Assembly: GCA_963824495.1 (NCBI GenBank)
Contig: CAWGPQ010000017.1
Span: forward strand, 32,001-96,000
Direction of reading: 5' to 3'
Length of the DNA stretch: 64,000 nucleotides
From: an uncultured bacterium
GTDB taxonomy: Bacteria; Babelota; Babeliae; Babelales; Babelaceae
Positions 41,475-51,889 of the stretch are shown in pieces. A program made the translations under genes and the position numbers. The first letter of the stretch is position 1, and each line of letters begins with the position of its first letter. The notes beneath the pieces were generated by a model, which was not told the origin of the DNA, made no database searches, and saw only the letters and a program-made list of their open reading frames with translations.

Positions 41475-43034
41475 ATGAATACAAAAAGAGCCCTGTTATA
41501 TATAATGCTCTTGAGCATAGCTTCTACTCAGGTACTTTTAAGTAGCAATAGCAGAATATCATGCCAGCTTATTGAGCCAACGTGTACTGATGATATTTTG
41601 CAGCACACCTATCGTGATCAGAATATGTGCAAGCTCTTTGACGAGATTCCTCATGAGCTGAAAAACTTATCGTATGTGGTATACCCCACCTGTATAGAAT
41701 ATGACAATGAGCGCTTTAGTTATAACAAGCGTTTCAATATTTTTCCTCATGCTATTATACTACCTAGAACTATAGAAGAAGTTGTTTATGTTCTGGAAGT
41801 ACTACGCAAACATAATCTTTGTTTTTCTCTACGCTCTGGTGGTCATTGTTATGAGCCCGGTTCACTATCTTCCGGCTATGTCATTGATATGAGTAATTTC
41901 AATACCATCGAAATGGATACTGAACGTGAAGAAGTATTTATTGGCGCTGGATGCTTACTTGGTTCCGTTATAGAAACGTTAGCAGCCAAAGGCTATGCAA
42001 TACCTACCGGAACATGTCCTTCAGTTGGTATTACAGGATTAGCACTAGGCGGAGGCTTAGGTTTACTTACCCGTCCCTATGGGCTAACATGCGATTCAAT
42101 AAAAAGCATCACGCTTGTTACCGCAGATGCTCAAGTAATCGAAGTTACACATGATAGCCATCCGGATCTATTCTGGGCATTACGTGGTGCAGGACATAAT
42201 GCCTTTGGCATCGTTCTTGGCTTTACTTTCAAGATGCACTACGTGCCTACGGTAACTACATTTAAGTTAGAATGGAAATGGAATACAGCAAAAATACCTG
42301 CTATTGTACAAGCATGGCAACACTGGATTACACAATTGCCACGCTCGATTTCAACCGAGCTTCACTTTAAATATTTTGATGGTGAACCAACTATTGAAAT
42401 TATAGGCTTAAAAGTGGGCTCTGAACGTTTTACTGAATGGAAAAAAGTATTCGGCAAGTTATTACCCCGATGCACTATCGCTAGAGAACGATATATTGAT
42501 GCTGCCATACGTCATGCATCTCTACATACAGTGCCGTATGTCGATGCTGCTAAAGAATTTGCTGGCGTATATACACTGCCTTTTTCAAAAGTTAAATCAA
42601 AATTCCTCATGAAGCCCTTATGCATTAAACCTATCAGGCTTATTGTAGATTTTTTTGAGTACTTAAGACGACATAGAGTACCCTATTTTGTATTCTTTGA
42701 ATTTGGCGCAGCTGGAGGTAAGATGGCAGAGGAGCATACGGCTTTTTATGCTCGTCATGCTCTGGCTTGGCTTTTTCAATTTATTTATTACGAAAAACAA
42801 TGTCAAACTTGTGAAGCACTGCGCCTGATTAATAGTTTTTATAACGAGATTGCACGATACTTCTCTCCCTACTCATATGTGAACACGACCGATTATTGTC
42901 TGCGCAAAAGCTATCTAAAAGCGTATTATGGCAATCACGTTAAGCGCTTAATGAAAGTTAAAAGAAACTATGATCCATCAAATATCTTTTGTTGGAAACA
43001 AGGAATCCCTTTATGTGGCAGACGCAGAGATTAA
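41475..43034 (+). CDS. Secreted FAD-linked oxidase (berberine bridge enzyme-like)
   Basis: RSGGHCYE, GTCPSVG, GGGLG, LFWALRGAG, YVN...YYG...RL..VK..YDP.N.F; signal peptide. Confidence 0.92.
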   Translation: MNTKRALLYIMLLSIASTQVLLSSNSRISCQLIEPTCTDDILQHTYRDQNMCKLFDEIPHELKNLSYVVYPTCIEYDNERFSYNKRFNIFPHAIILPRTIEEVVYVLEVLRKHNLCFSLRSGGHCYEPGSLSSGYVIDMSNFNTIEMDTEREEVFIGAGCLLGSVIETLAAKGYAIPTGTCPSVGITGLALGGGLGLLTRPYGLTCDSIKSITLVTADAQVIEVTHDSHPDLFWALRGAGHNAFGIVLGFTFKMHYVPTVTTFKLEWKWNTAKIPAIVQAWQHWITQLPRSISTELHFKYFDGEPTIEIIGLKVGSERFTEWKKVFGKLLPRCTIARERYIDAAIRHASLHTVPYVDAAKEFAGVYTLPFSKVKSKFLMKPLCIKPIRLIVDFFEYLRRHRVPYFVFFEFGAAGGKMAEEHTAFYARHALAWLFQFIYYEKQCQTCEALRLINSFYNEIARYFSPYSYVNTTDYCLRKSYLKAYYGNHVKRLMKVKRNYDPSNIFCWKQGIPLCGRRRD

Positions 43035-43049
43035 GGGCACGTTACGCCT

Positions 43050-43835
43050 CTAAAGCATGGAATTGAGCACACTTATATCGGTTCCTAGGGCAACACGTTG
43101 CACAGTGCTCTTTGGAAAAGCCAGAAGCAATACGTACTCTTTCTCTTCAGTATCAGGGTCTTGAGCTTCCGCTTCTTCATAGAATGCTTTAACTTCATTG
43201 ACCTCTATGTGTGTTGACAAGGGGCAGTGTACATAACGAGTGCTCATACTTGAAATACCAGAGACCGTTGTCTTTTCCTGTGCTGTCGCTTGTATTTTTT
43301 CCATAGTGGTAGCGTGAGAAAAGAGTGTTATAGTGTGCTCAGAAACACGAACTGCTTTTGCTCCGCTATCGAGAGAAATGCAAGCTGTTAGAATGGTGCC
43401 ATCGATAGCAATCTCAATATCACCTGGTTCGGCGGCGCCGACAGGAATAGCAACAATAACGTGATGTGCAGTTTTATGTATCGTATACTCCGTTGCCCGC
43501 GCCTCTTCTTCTTCAGCCATATCGTAGAGGCTAGATAAATTTTCATATCTAGCTAAACATTCATAGGTCAAGGAGATAAGACCATCGAATGCCTTAAAGA
43601 GTGATTTAGTGGAGACAAAGAATTGCTTAACGTCTTGGCATTTCTTGACAGTGTCACCATAATGGTTTTCAAGAGAATCTTCTAGGTTATCGAGCGCTTT
43701 GTCTATGCTGAATTGTATGTGCCGTGCTAGAGGCTCAAGAATAGTAAGAAGTTCACGTGCTTGACTATAACCGCTTTGTAGTAGAATAAACGTGCTCATG
43801 GAAGAAAGAATAAACACTTGAGTAAGTTTTTTCAT
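43050..43835 (-). CDS. Secreted protein with divergent Hsp20/alpha-crystallin-like C-terminal domain
   Basis: SD aaggag; signal peptide; IPVG...DIEIAIDG..L...P....EVKAFY...LLLAFPK. Confidence 0.55.
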   Translation of the reverse strand: MKKLTQVFILSSMSTFILLQSGYSQARELLTILEPLARHIQFSIDKALDNLEDSLENHYGDTVKKCQDVKQFFVSTKSLFKAFDGLISLTYECLARYENLSSLYDMAEEEEARATEYTIHKTAHHVIVAIPVGAAEPGDIEIAIDGTILTACISLDSGAKAVRVSEHTITLFSHATTMEKIQATAQEKTTVSGISSMSTRYVHCPLSTHIEVNEVKAFYEEAEAQDPDTEEKEYVLLLAFPKSTVQRVALGTDISVLNSML

Positions 43836-43949
43836 ACGAGGCTCCTTAGTAAAAATAACGTGTAAAGTTATATACGTGACGTCCAATTCTAGTCTATTCT
43901 GTAAAAACAAGCAATGCTTTTTGCGCTTCACGAAGCGTTGCAACGTATA

Positions 43950-45497
43950 TCAACCTAATGACACGGTGCTTATGTTATACGAAATATTACAAGGCATGCC
44001 CGTATGGCCAGTCATTTCATCAGGTATACGCAGACCACGTTGAGAAAGTATAAAGGGTGCAACGTCTGCAAGACCCTGTAGCGGTAAGATTGTACCGGTG
44101 CCTTCAAGATCTTGACGAATCATAATAAAGGGAACCGGATTAGTTGTATGTGAAGTTCGTGGCTGATGTGCTCTAGGATCCCATTTGTCTTCAGCATTGC
44201 CGTGATCACTCGTAATATAGAGCGTACCCTTGAGCTGCATAACAACTACATCATAAAGCTGTTTAAGCTGCTCATCTAAGCACATAATCGCTTTAACTGT
44301 TGCATCAAAATTACCTGAATGGCCAACCATATCAGCGTTTGCGTAATTGATAAGATAGAAATCATAGGGGTCAGTTTTTAATGATTCAAGTACTGCATGC
44401 GTAATCTTGGGAGCAGACATTTCTGGATAGTCAACATAGGTACGTACAGACAGTGATGGTATAAGCACGCGTTTTTCATGAGGTCGTACTGTTTCTTTTC
44501 CTCCACTAAAAAAATAGGTTATGTGCGCATACTTTTCAGTTTCTGCAATAGTGAATATTCTTGTATTTTCTTCCTGCAAGACATCAAGTAAGGTATGGGT
44601 TATAACCGGTTTGGTATAGATCGTGTCAAGAGAAAATACTGGGCTATATTCAGTAGCTGTTATAAGCCAGGCAAGATGCCGATTATGAGCAAGTAACGTG
44701 GTGAGCTGCCGTGCTCGATCAGGTCTAATATTAAAAAATATAAGCCCATCGCCATCTTGTATATAAGCAGTGTGATTAAGCTGTGTAGGGGGAATAAACT
44801 CATCAGTAATACCATGTGCATAATAATATTCAAGCACCTGGTGCCAAGAAGTAGCACGTGAAGGTACAGGCTCAGCAAGTATGCGATAGCTTGCTTGTGT
44901 GCGATCCCAGTGCTTATCACGATCCATAGCATAAAAGCGACCATGAACTGACCCAAGCTTGCCTCGCTTAAGCTTTGATAAAACGCTATCAAGGTGCTCT
45001 AAATATACAGCAGCTGATCGTGGTGGCACATCACGTCCATCAAGAATTGCATGAACCCAGATAGTTTCAAGATTAAGACGTGCCGCAAGCTCAAGTAATG
45101 CGAATAAGTGCTTTTCATTACTGTGAACACCAGCATCTGATACTAACCCTAGAAGATGTAAAGCTGTAGCATGCTTTTTAAGTAGTCCTATATTCTTTAC
45201 CAGTACGTCATTATGAAAGAACGCTCCTGTATCGATAAGCTTATTAAGAACTGTGAGCGGTTGATCAATAATTCTTCCACTTCCCATGGTCATATGCCCT
45301 ACTTCAGAGTTGCCTATTGTGCCCTCGGGAAGGCCAACAGCTTGCCCTGACGCACATAAAAGAGCATGTGGATACCTATGCCACCATGTCGATAGATAGT
45401 GAGGATGGGCGTGATACACAGCATTAGCACGTGTATGAGGACTATAGCCAAAGCCATCAAGAATAACTAAGACTGTTGGTGACGTGTCTAATATCAT
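43950..45497 (-). CDS. gpmI: 2,3-bisphosphoglycerate-independent phosphoglycerate mutase
   Basis: ILDGFG, GNSEVGH, DGRD, AETEKYAH, NADMVGH, TSDHGN. Confidence 0.96.
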   Translation of the reverse strand: MILDTSPTVLVILDGFGYSPHTRANAVYHAHPHYLSTWWHRYPHALLCASGQAVGLPEGTIGNSEVGHMTMGSGRIIDQPLTVLNKLIDTGAFFHNDVLVKNIGLLKKHATALHLLGLVSDAGVHSNEKHLFALLELAARLNLETIWVHAILDGRDVPPRSAAVYLEHLDSVLSKLKRGKLGSVHGRFYAMDRDKHWDRTQASYRILAEPVPSRATSWHQVLEYYYAHGITDEFIPPTQLNHTAYIQDGDGLIFFNIRPDRARQLTTLLAHNRHLAWLITATEYSPVFSLDTIYTKPVITHTLLDVLQEENTRIFTIAETEKYAHITYFFSGGKETVRPHEKRVLIPSLSVRTYVDYPEMSAPKITHAVLESLKTDPYDFYLINYANADMVGHSGNFDATVKAIMCLDEQLKQLYDVVVMQLKGTLYITSDHGNAEDKWDPRAHQPRTSHTTNPVPFIMIRQDLEGTGTILPLQGLADVAPFILSQRGLRIPDEMTGHTGMPCNISYNISTVSLG

Positions 45498-45688
45498 ATA
45501 ATTAGAGTTACTTCGATACATTAAGTATGCACAAAACAGCATGCAACTGCCTGCTTATCTTACAGCGTGCTCGGGGACTTAGCAAGAAGCATGCTCCCAA
45601 AAAAGCGCTTCTTGTGCTAAACTGAAACCTTGTTATATCGTAACACTTACTGCAGAATCTAAAAGAACTTAAAAGATAAGGCGCTTAT

Positions 45689-46177
45689 ATGCAAAAGACT
45701 TGCTTGAACCAATCAACCCAATCAACACAACAGGCGATAGTGCTTATAATACGATCTATAGTAACCAGTGTACTTTTTGCTATGTCTACTTTTCTATACG
45801 CCAAACAGGATCAAGGAATTATTCTACAAAGTCTCAATAACACAAATAGCACTGATCATGTTGTTCGCATGTTAACCAAGCTGCAACAGACGCTTGACCC
45901 TCAGGCGACTGAGCCATTAGATCAATGGATACACCGTGTGCATTTTTTACATAGTAATGAAGAGGTTGAAGAAGAGGAAGAGAGTGGTTCTATTTTCGAT
46001 GACCCAGATATTACGCAAGGGCCTCTCATCATACATCAAGAGCCTGAACAATTCTCATGTGTTCCCGATAGTATTAGATCAATAGGCATGAAGCTTGCTA
46101 CGACAGAATGGGGATGCTCAATAATTCTCTTCTTAAGAGAATCATGGACAAGAGCAAGCAGTCTATTACCATTCTAA
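45689..46177 (+). CDS. Hypothetical protein with acidic tract
   Basis: 162-aa ORF, hydrophobic N-terminal segment, co-oriented with rsmE. Confidence 0.55.
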   Translation: MQKTCLNQSTQSTQQAIVLIIRSIVTSVLFAMSTFLYAKQDQGIILQSLNNTNSTDHVVRMLTKLQQTLDPQATEPLDQWIHRVHFLHSNEEVEEEEESGSIFDDPDITQGPLIIHQEPEQFSCVPDSIRSIGMKLATTEWGCSIILFLRESWTRASSLLPF

Positions 46178-46203
46178 ACACTCATACTACCTGACCAAAG
46201 AAC

Positions 46204-46974
46204 ATGATTAAAGAACAAACTCATATATTTGCTTTTTTTATGCAGCAGCTACCTGTGCTCGAAAAAAAGGGTATACATGAGCAAGCTGTGCTCCGCGACC
46301 CATCGCTTTTGCATCGCCTTATTACCGTATTGAGGCTAGAACCCGGACGTCAATTTATTCTCTTTGATCAAACACGTAATCTGACATGCCAAATCACTGC
46401 TGTGATCAATAAAGACTATATCTATGTAACGGTAATTGAAGATCGCTTACATCAACCGCTAGCGCCTATGATTCATTGGTTGCTTCCATTACTCGAACGT
46501 GACGCATTTCGAGAAGCAGTTTATGCCCTAACTGCTATGGGTGCAACAAGCATTCAACCACTTATAACTAAAAAAATTCATAGAGCCTGGATTAACCCAA
46601 AAGAAATCGAACGCTTGCAACGTATTATGATCTCAGCAGCAGAACAATCAAAGCAGTTTGTTTTGCCAACCCTTATGCCCGTACAGGATATAAGCTGTTT
46701 ACCTGATAGTGTCACAGCACAAAAAAGCACGGCTCGTATCTTTTTTGATAGCACAGGAAGCTTAAGCGAACAAGTGATTAAACAGCTCTGGGATAGTCAG
46801 CCTACCAGCATACTCTGTATAGTTGGCCCTGAAGGCGACTTAACGCATCAAGAAAAAGATAGAGTGCAATCACAAAATTTTATACAGTGTGCTCTTACGC
46901 CAACAATACTCCGAGCAGAAACTGCCGTTATAGTAGCTATGGGCATGCTCCGCTCGCTTATACGTTCGACATAA
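46204..46974 (+). CDS. rsmE: 16S rRNA m3U1498 methyltransferase
   Basis: H...VLRL, AAEQS, VGPEGD, ILRAETA. Confidence 0.9.
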   Translation: MIKEQTHIFAFFMQQLPVLEKKGIHEQAVLRDPSLLHRLITVLRLEPGRQFILFDQTRNLTCQITAVINKDYIYVTVIEDRLHQPLAPMIHWLLPLLERDAFREAVYALTAMGATSIQPLITKKIHRAWINPKEIERLQRIMISAAEQSKQFVLPTLMPVQDISCLPDSVTAQKSTARIFFDSTGSLSEQVIKQLWDSQPTSILCIVGPEGDLTHQEKDRVQSQNFIQCALTPTILRAETAVIVAMGMLRSLIRST

Positions 46975-46982
46975 GCTATAAG

Positions 46983-47735
46983 CTACGACGTAATTGAAAT
47001 ACAGGTTTTGGTTGAGTAGCTTTTAAGATATAAGGGCAAAAGCTCATTAACCACCTGTTCTCCCTTAAGCCATCTTGCAAGCCCTAGCTGCGCTACTGTT
47101 TCAAGTGAACATATATCAGGTACTGGCTCAGGTATAACGATATCTACTTGGTCCCCAAGCTGCTCAACAAGCACAGAACGATACAGCTCAAGGCCATTAC
47201 CAACAACTTTAATGCGCGGGTGTACACTACGATAACCACCTTGAGAATAAGCTATATACTCTTTAAGCACTGTAAAAAAATCTTTACTGGAAGCGCAGCC
47301 AGTAGTTATTTCATGACGTGCTTGATCACAGATGCCCCAATAGACATCACCACAAAAAGCATTAAGAAGTACAACAGTACCATCATAAGCTTGCTCATGT
47401 TGTTCAAGTAAAAATGCTTTAAGTCCATCGATGCCAACAAGCGATAATCGTGTTGCAAACGCTAGGCCATTAGCCGAGGCAATTACTACACGTAATGTGG
47501 TAAACGGCGCGGGACCCTGATAGACAGAAATAAACTGACAATCAGAAAGAACTTTCCCATGTTGCCGCAACAGCGTATCTACCAAGGGTATCAAGTTTTT
47601 ACTTGAGCGCTTGTTATCTTCATATGCACGCTCTAAAAGCCTGGGTCCTTCATAAAGCGCCATATGCACTGCTGTATAACCACTTTGAAGTACAAGATAG
47701 AGAGGGAGCTGTGAAGCGATGTGATTATGGGTCAC
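46983..47735 (-). CDS. tsaB: t6A biosynthesis protein TsaB
   Basis: GPAPFTTLRV (GPGSFTG-like), A.GLA, LPLYL. Confidence 0.82.
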   Translation of the reverse strand: MTHNHIASQLPLYLVLQSGYTAVHMALYEGPRLLERAYEDNKRSSKNLIPLVDTLLRQHGKVLSDCQFISVYQGPAPFTTLRVVIASANGLAFATRLSLVGIDGLKAFLLEQHEQAYDGTVVLLNAFCGDVYWGICDQARHEITTGCASSKDFFTVLKEYIAYSQGGYRSVHPRIKVVGNGLELYRSVLVEQLGDQVDIVIPEPVPDICSLETVAQLGLARWLKGEQVVNELLPLYLKSYSTKTCISITS

Positions 47736-47743
47736 CTTATTAC

Positions 47744-47767
47744 CTAATTATCTAATTATCTAATTAC
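47744..47767. repeat. Short tandem repeat (ctaatta[t/c]) x3
   Basis: ctaattat ctaattat ctaattac between the Zn-ribbon gene and tsaB. Confidence 0.7.
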
Positions 47768-47953
47768 CTATTGATTATTCCGATTATTACACTTTTGCTG
47801 TTGATAGAAGATACTAAAAGCATCAAATTCAATTGTTTTTTCTTTCTTTGCAATAACTTTACCACAATTTAAACATTTCCACCCATCAAAATTTAAAAAA
47901 TGATCAAAAAATGATTGCAGGACCATAAGCCCTGAGCACTTAGAACACTTCAT
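47768..47953 (-). CDS. Small zinc-ribbon protein
   Basis: CSKC.GLM...GWKCLNCG; SD gagga. Confidence 0.75.
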   Translation of the reverse strand: MKCSKCSGLMVLQSFFDHFLNFDGWKCLNCGKVIAKKEKTIEFDAFSIFYQQQKCNNRNNQ

Positions 47954-48032
47954 ACCCCATCCTCTCCCTTTGTGGTATACATGGTCTTACTAAGGAATCT
48001 AAAGGAGTCTCTCTATACTTGTCAATAGGGGG

Positions 48033-48458
48033 TTATGATGAGACCGTTTGCTGTACTGCAAGAAAAGTTAAATAAGAGTCGAGAATAAAGGCCGCTGCTT
48101 TGGCATGAAGTTTGAGTTTTTCTTCTTTAGTTTTAGTTTTACCCATTGTTGTTGTCTCGGCTCGCTTGCTGCTCAGCCGCTCATCCCACAATATCCAGGT
48201 GAGGGTAGGAAATGCTGCTTTAAGCTCTTCATATACTATGCATACTTTACGTGTTTGATCGCTTTTAGTGCCACGCATTGTTTTGGGATAGCCAACTACT
48301 ATAGTGCTTATATCTTCCACCATACACAATTCTCTAAGAGCTGCCATAAGCTGAGATGATGCAACCGTTGTATAAGGTTTTGCAAGAATATGTAATGTAT
48401 CTGAAAGAGCGATTCCTGTCCATTGATCACCCACATCCAGAGCTGCTATCTTAGACAC
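48033..48458 (-). CDS. ruvX: YqgF/RuvX family nuclease
   Basis: ALDVG...G.A.SD, VVGYP, WDERLSS, AA.FIL.SYL. Confidence 0.92.
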   Translation of the reverse strand: MSKIAALDVGDQWTGIALSDTLHILAKPYTTVASSQLMAALRELCMVEDISTIVVGYPKTMRGTKSDQTRKVCIVYEELKAAFPTLTWILWDERLSSKRAETTTMGKTKTKEEKLKLHAKAAAFILDSYLTFLAVQQTVSS

Positions 48459-48460
48459 GG

Positions 48461-48800
48461 TTATTTACCTTTTTGGAGCGCAGACGCATAGTTAAAACAA
48501 TAAAAGTATTCTTGCCATGATTCATCTGTAGTACCGTATTCGTTATCGTACACAAAATGGTCTATAAGAGCTTCTCGTACTCTCCCTATTTCTTTAAGGC
48601 GAGGACCTCTAGCTTTGGGACCTATAATTGTTAAACTTAAAAGCTCAAGTGCTCTCTCAAAAGCCTTTTGGCTGTACTCGAGATTGCCTTCTTTTTTTCC
48701 AATAAATTGTTCTTTCAATATCACTTCCTACATTGGCTAGCTGCTCAAGAAAGGAAAGCTCAAACCAACGACCCGATGCAAGGTGCTTGTGTATGATCAT
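48461..48800 (-). pseudogene. Conserved hypothetical (HxxLAxGRW...EQLANVGS), frameshifted
   Basis: ATG 48800 overlaps the upstream stop; frame changes at the A7 run 48692-48698 into KKEGN...AFERALELL. Confidence 0.7.
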
Positions 48801-49042
48801 AGAACAACCAACTGGTTAACTACGGTTCTTATTTTTTCCTGTATTTTAGGGCCGTTAACACGATGGCTTTTGTTACCCCATGATGGACGAATTACGAGAA
48901 GTTCTTCGTCAGCGTGAAGCTCAGCATCAACTACCATAATTTCTTTTTCGATATCAACGACAGCTTTAACTAAACCTCCAAATATTTTCTCGGACATTTT
49001 TTTGAGCTCTTCAACCGTAATATTTTCGCGTACAACTTTCAT
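48797..49042 (-). pseudogene. DUF5674-like protein, apparently with an internal deletion
   Basis: VKAVVDIEK.IM.VDAELHADEE joined directly to IRPS..N; the central LWG..IE segment recalled for this family is absent. Confidence 0.55.
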
Positions 49043-49227
49043 AATACTTTAATATCCATAATTTATTTTGTCTAAGGCCAACAACCGGTGGGATAACTTG
49101 CTACTCTAGTGCTCACGTGTTGTGACATAAGCAAAATGCTGCATAAGGCTTTTGCAAGAAATGGACTTCAATTCTAGCTTATCACAGGTATACTTTGGAT
49201 ACTAGCTGCTTAGCTTGTCTGTAGTGC

Positions 49228-50288
49228 TTAGCCATTAGAATTAGGGCTAGGCAAAAAGTGAGCTATGCGTGCTATAATTTCTTCAGGCATACCAATAGCT
49301 GGAACATTTCTACCCTGAGCATGCAATTGCTGAAAAAGTCCTTGATCACGCAAGATACCAGGTATAATTCTTTCTCTGCTCAACAGGTCAATAATAGCAG
49401 TACGCCCATACTCATGTGCTAGATCCAACGGTGTTTGATCTCTCGTATTTCTTATGGTATGGTCAGCCTGAACATCAAGAAGTGCCTGAACTATATCTGC
49501 ACGCCCCTGCTGTATTGCTACATGTAACGGTGTGTTGCCCTGTGCGTTTTGAACACCAATACGTACACCATGAGCAAGTAACACTTGGAGAATAAGATCA
49601 TTACCATTACGCGCAGCTAAATGCAGAACAGTGTTGCCCTCGTTATTTTGTATATCTAGATTAGGGTTATAGTCATTAAGTAAAAGCTCAACAAGCTCAT
49701 CATAATCTTGAGCAACTGCCCAATGTAACGCTGTTATGCCAAAATTATCTTGAGTATGCACACTTATAGAACCTTCATTAAGGACCTTGGTAACACCGTA
49801 AACACCATAACTATCCATCTCGATAAGAGCCAAAGCTAGTGTAGAAATTTTGCTTTTTATTAATATATTCGTGACCTCATCGTGAAAGTATATTGATGTC
49901 ATAATAGATGGCACTCTGGCACCATGACATACAAGTATTTTAACTATCTCTTGATAATAAAGACAAGCCGCATTTATAAGAGCTGTCTCGCCGTAAAAAT
50001 TCTCACGATTAACTTCAGCGCCATGCTCTATAAGTAACTTAACTATATTTTATGCCCATAGGAAGCTGCTCTTATAAGAGCAGTAGCACCATCATCCGTT
50101 AAATGATTAACATTAGCTCCTTGCTCTAGACAGCGGATTACGGTATCTTTATCGCCTGCTTCTGCTGCGTTTAACAATTGCTCATTAAGCCGAACTTGCT
50201 CTTTTTTAGGTAGTTGAACGCTCATAAGTTGATATGAGCCAAACAGAAAGGTACTAAAAATTGCTAGCGCAAGAATATACTTGTTCAC
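49228..50288 (-). pseudogene. Secreted ankyrin protein with F-box-like tail, single frameshift
   Basis: Adding one base in the A4 run near 50047-50050 joins the 50043..50288 ORF to the 49228 frame; ends MPEEIIARIAHFL. Confidence 0.8.
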
Positions 50289-50419
50289 ATTACGCCTTTG
50301 TTTAAGCTATGCTTCATTTAAAATGACAACCTTATAATTATTATTTTAGCTAATGCTCTATGCTTTGTCAAAGAGGATAGGCCTAGCATACAAGATGGCC
50401 CGTTAAGCTATTGCTGAAG

Positions 50420-51889
50420 CTAAGAGTTGGAATTAGGGTTTGATCTTACGTGAGCATATGGCCTTTGAGCAACAACAAAGCGGGCAATATGAGCTGCAAT
50501 TTCAGCGGGAAGTACACCGTCAGGTAGAACACCTAAAGTCTGTGCTGTCCCATTGGTATCGTTATCGGTATGAAGTACGCCAAAACGCCCTTGTTGTCCC
50601 TCAGTTGAAAGCAGGTTAAGAAGAGCTTGTCCTGCCATTGGTTCAAGAAGCCGCTCAATATCGCGATAGTTACGCCCACGAGCAAGTAACCAAGCTGATA
50701 ACCCTCGATCATTAACTCTATTAACAAAATTAACGGTAGCACTATCATGACGAATAAGAGATCGAACAATAGCTACATGCCCAGCTTGAGCTGCTAGATG
50801 CAACGCTGTGTTGCCCTGTGCGTTTTGAACATCAATACGTACACCATGAGCAAGTAACACTTGGAGAATAAGATCATTACCATTACGCGCAGCTAAATGC
50901 AGAACAGTGTTGCCCTCATTATCTTGTATATTCAGGCCAGGATGGTACTCGGCAAGTAAATCTTCAACTAGAGCGCCATAATTCTGAGCAACTGCCCAAT
51001 GTAACGCTGTCATGCCATATGCATCACGATCGTTAATACTATTAGAGAAATAAGACAGAAGCATACCAAAAAGTGTAGAATTATCTCGAGCGAGAAGCCT
51101 CGTAATGGTATCAGTATCTCTCACGATAATTGCCAAAGCCAGCGGTGATATTCCGCTTTGCCTCAATGCTTGTATAATTCTATCCCTATGGAAAGCAAAT
51201 AAAGTAGAAGGTATGATAGCACCACAACGTACAAGCATAGCAACCATCTCTATATTTCTCTGAGTAGCTGCCCATACAAGAGGGGTGAAGTTATTATTAT
51301 CAGCATAGTTAACATCAGCACCAGCTTCTATAAGCATTCTAGCAATTTCTGTATGCCCACGCTCCGCTGTCCATTCCAGGGCAGTATAGTCTAAATTTTT
51401 ATCAATATGATTGACGTTAGCACCAGCTTCTATAAGCATTCTAACTATATCTCTCTGTCCCCTAAGAATTGCCTCTATAAGAGCTGTTCTGCTATCAGAA
51501 GCAACATGATTAACATCAGCGCCATGCTCTATAAGCATTTTAACCATTGGTGCATGACCTCCAGCAATTGCAAATGTAAGAGGAGTCCAGCCAATAGTAT
51601 CAGCTTCATTAACCTGAGCACTATATTTTATAAGCTCGCTAACCATATCTGTATTTCCGTACATAGCTCCGAACCTAAGAGCAGTGAAGCCACGATTATC
51701 AGCACAATTGGCATTAGCACCTTGCCTTAGTAAGGAACTTATCTTATCGGTGTCTCTTAGTTCTGCTGCATGTAACAGCTGCTCATTAAGCAAAAGCTGC
51801 TCTTTCCGAGATAACTGAATGCTCATGAGTTGATTTGAATCAAACAGAAAAATACTAAAACTTGCTAGTGCCAGAATATATTTGTTCAC
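50420..51889 (-). CDS. Secreted ankyrin-repeat protein with F-box-like tail
   Basis: Signal peptide, about 9 ANK repeats, LPAEIAAHIARFV. Confidence 0.9.
   Translation of the reverse strand: MNKYILALASFSIFLFDSNQLMSIQLSRKEQLLLNEQLLHAAELRDTDKISSLLRQGANANCADNRGFTALRFGAMYGNTDMVSELIKYSAQVNEADTIGWTPLTFAIAGGHAPMVKMLIEHGADVNHVASDSRTALIEAILRGQRDIVRMLIEAGANVNHIDKNLDYTALEWTAERGHTEIARMLIEAGADVNYADNNNFTPLVWAATQRNIEMVAMLVRCGAIIPSTLFAFHRDRIIQALRQSGISPLALAIIVRDTDTITRLLARDNSTLFGMLLSYFSNSINDRDAYGMTALHWAVAQNYGALVEDLLAEYHPGLNIQDNEGNTVLHLAARNGNDLILQVLLAHGVRIDVQNAQGNTALHLAAQAGHVAIVRSLIRHDSATVNFVNRVNDRGLSAWLLARGRNYRDIERLLEPMAGQALLNLLSTEGQQGRFGVLHTDNDTNGTAQTLGVLPDGVLPAEIAAHIARFVVAQRPYAHVRSNPNSNS

Noticed and set aside
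35410..43034. Prophage or integrative element
   Set aside because: No integrase, structural phage genes or att-like repeats seen
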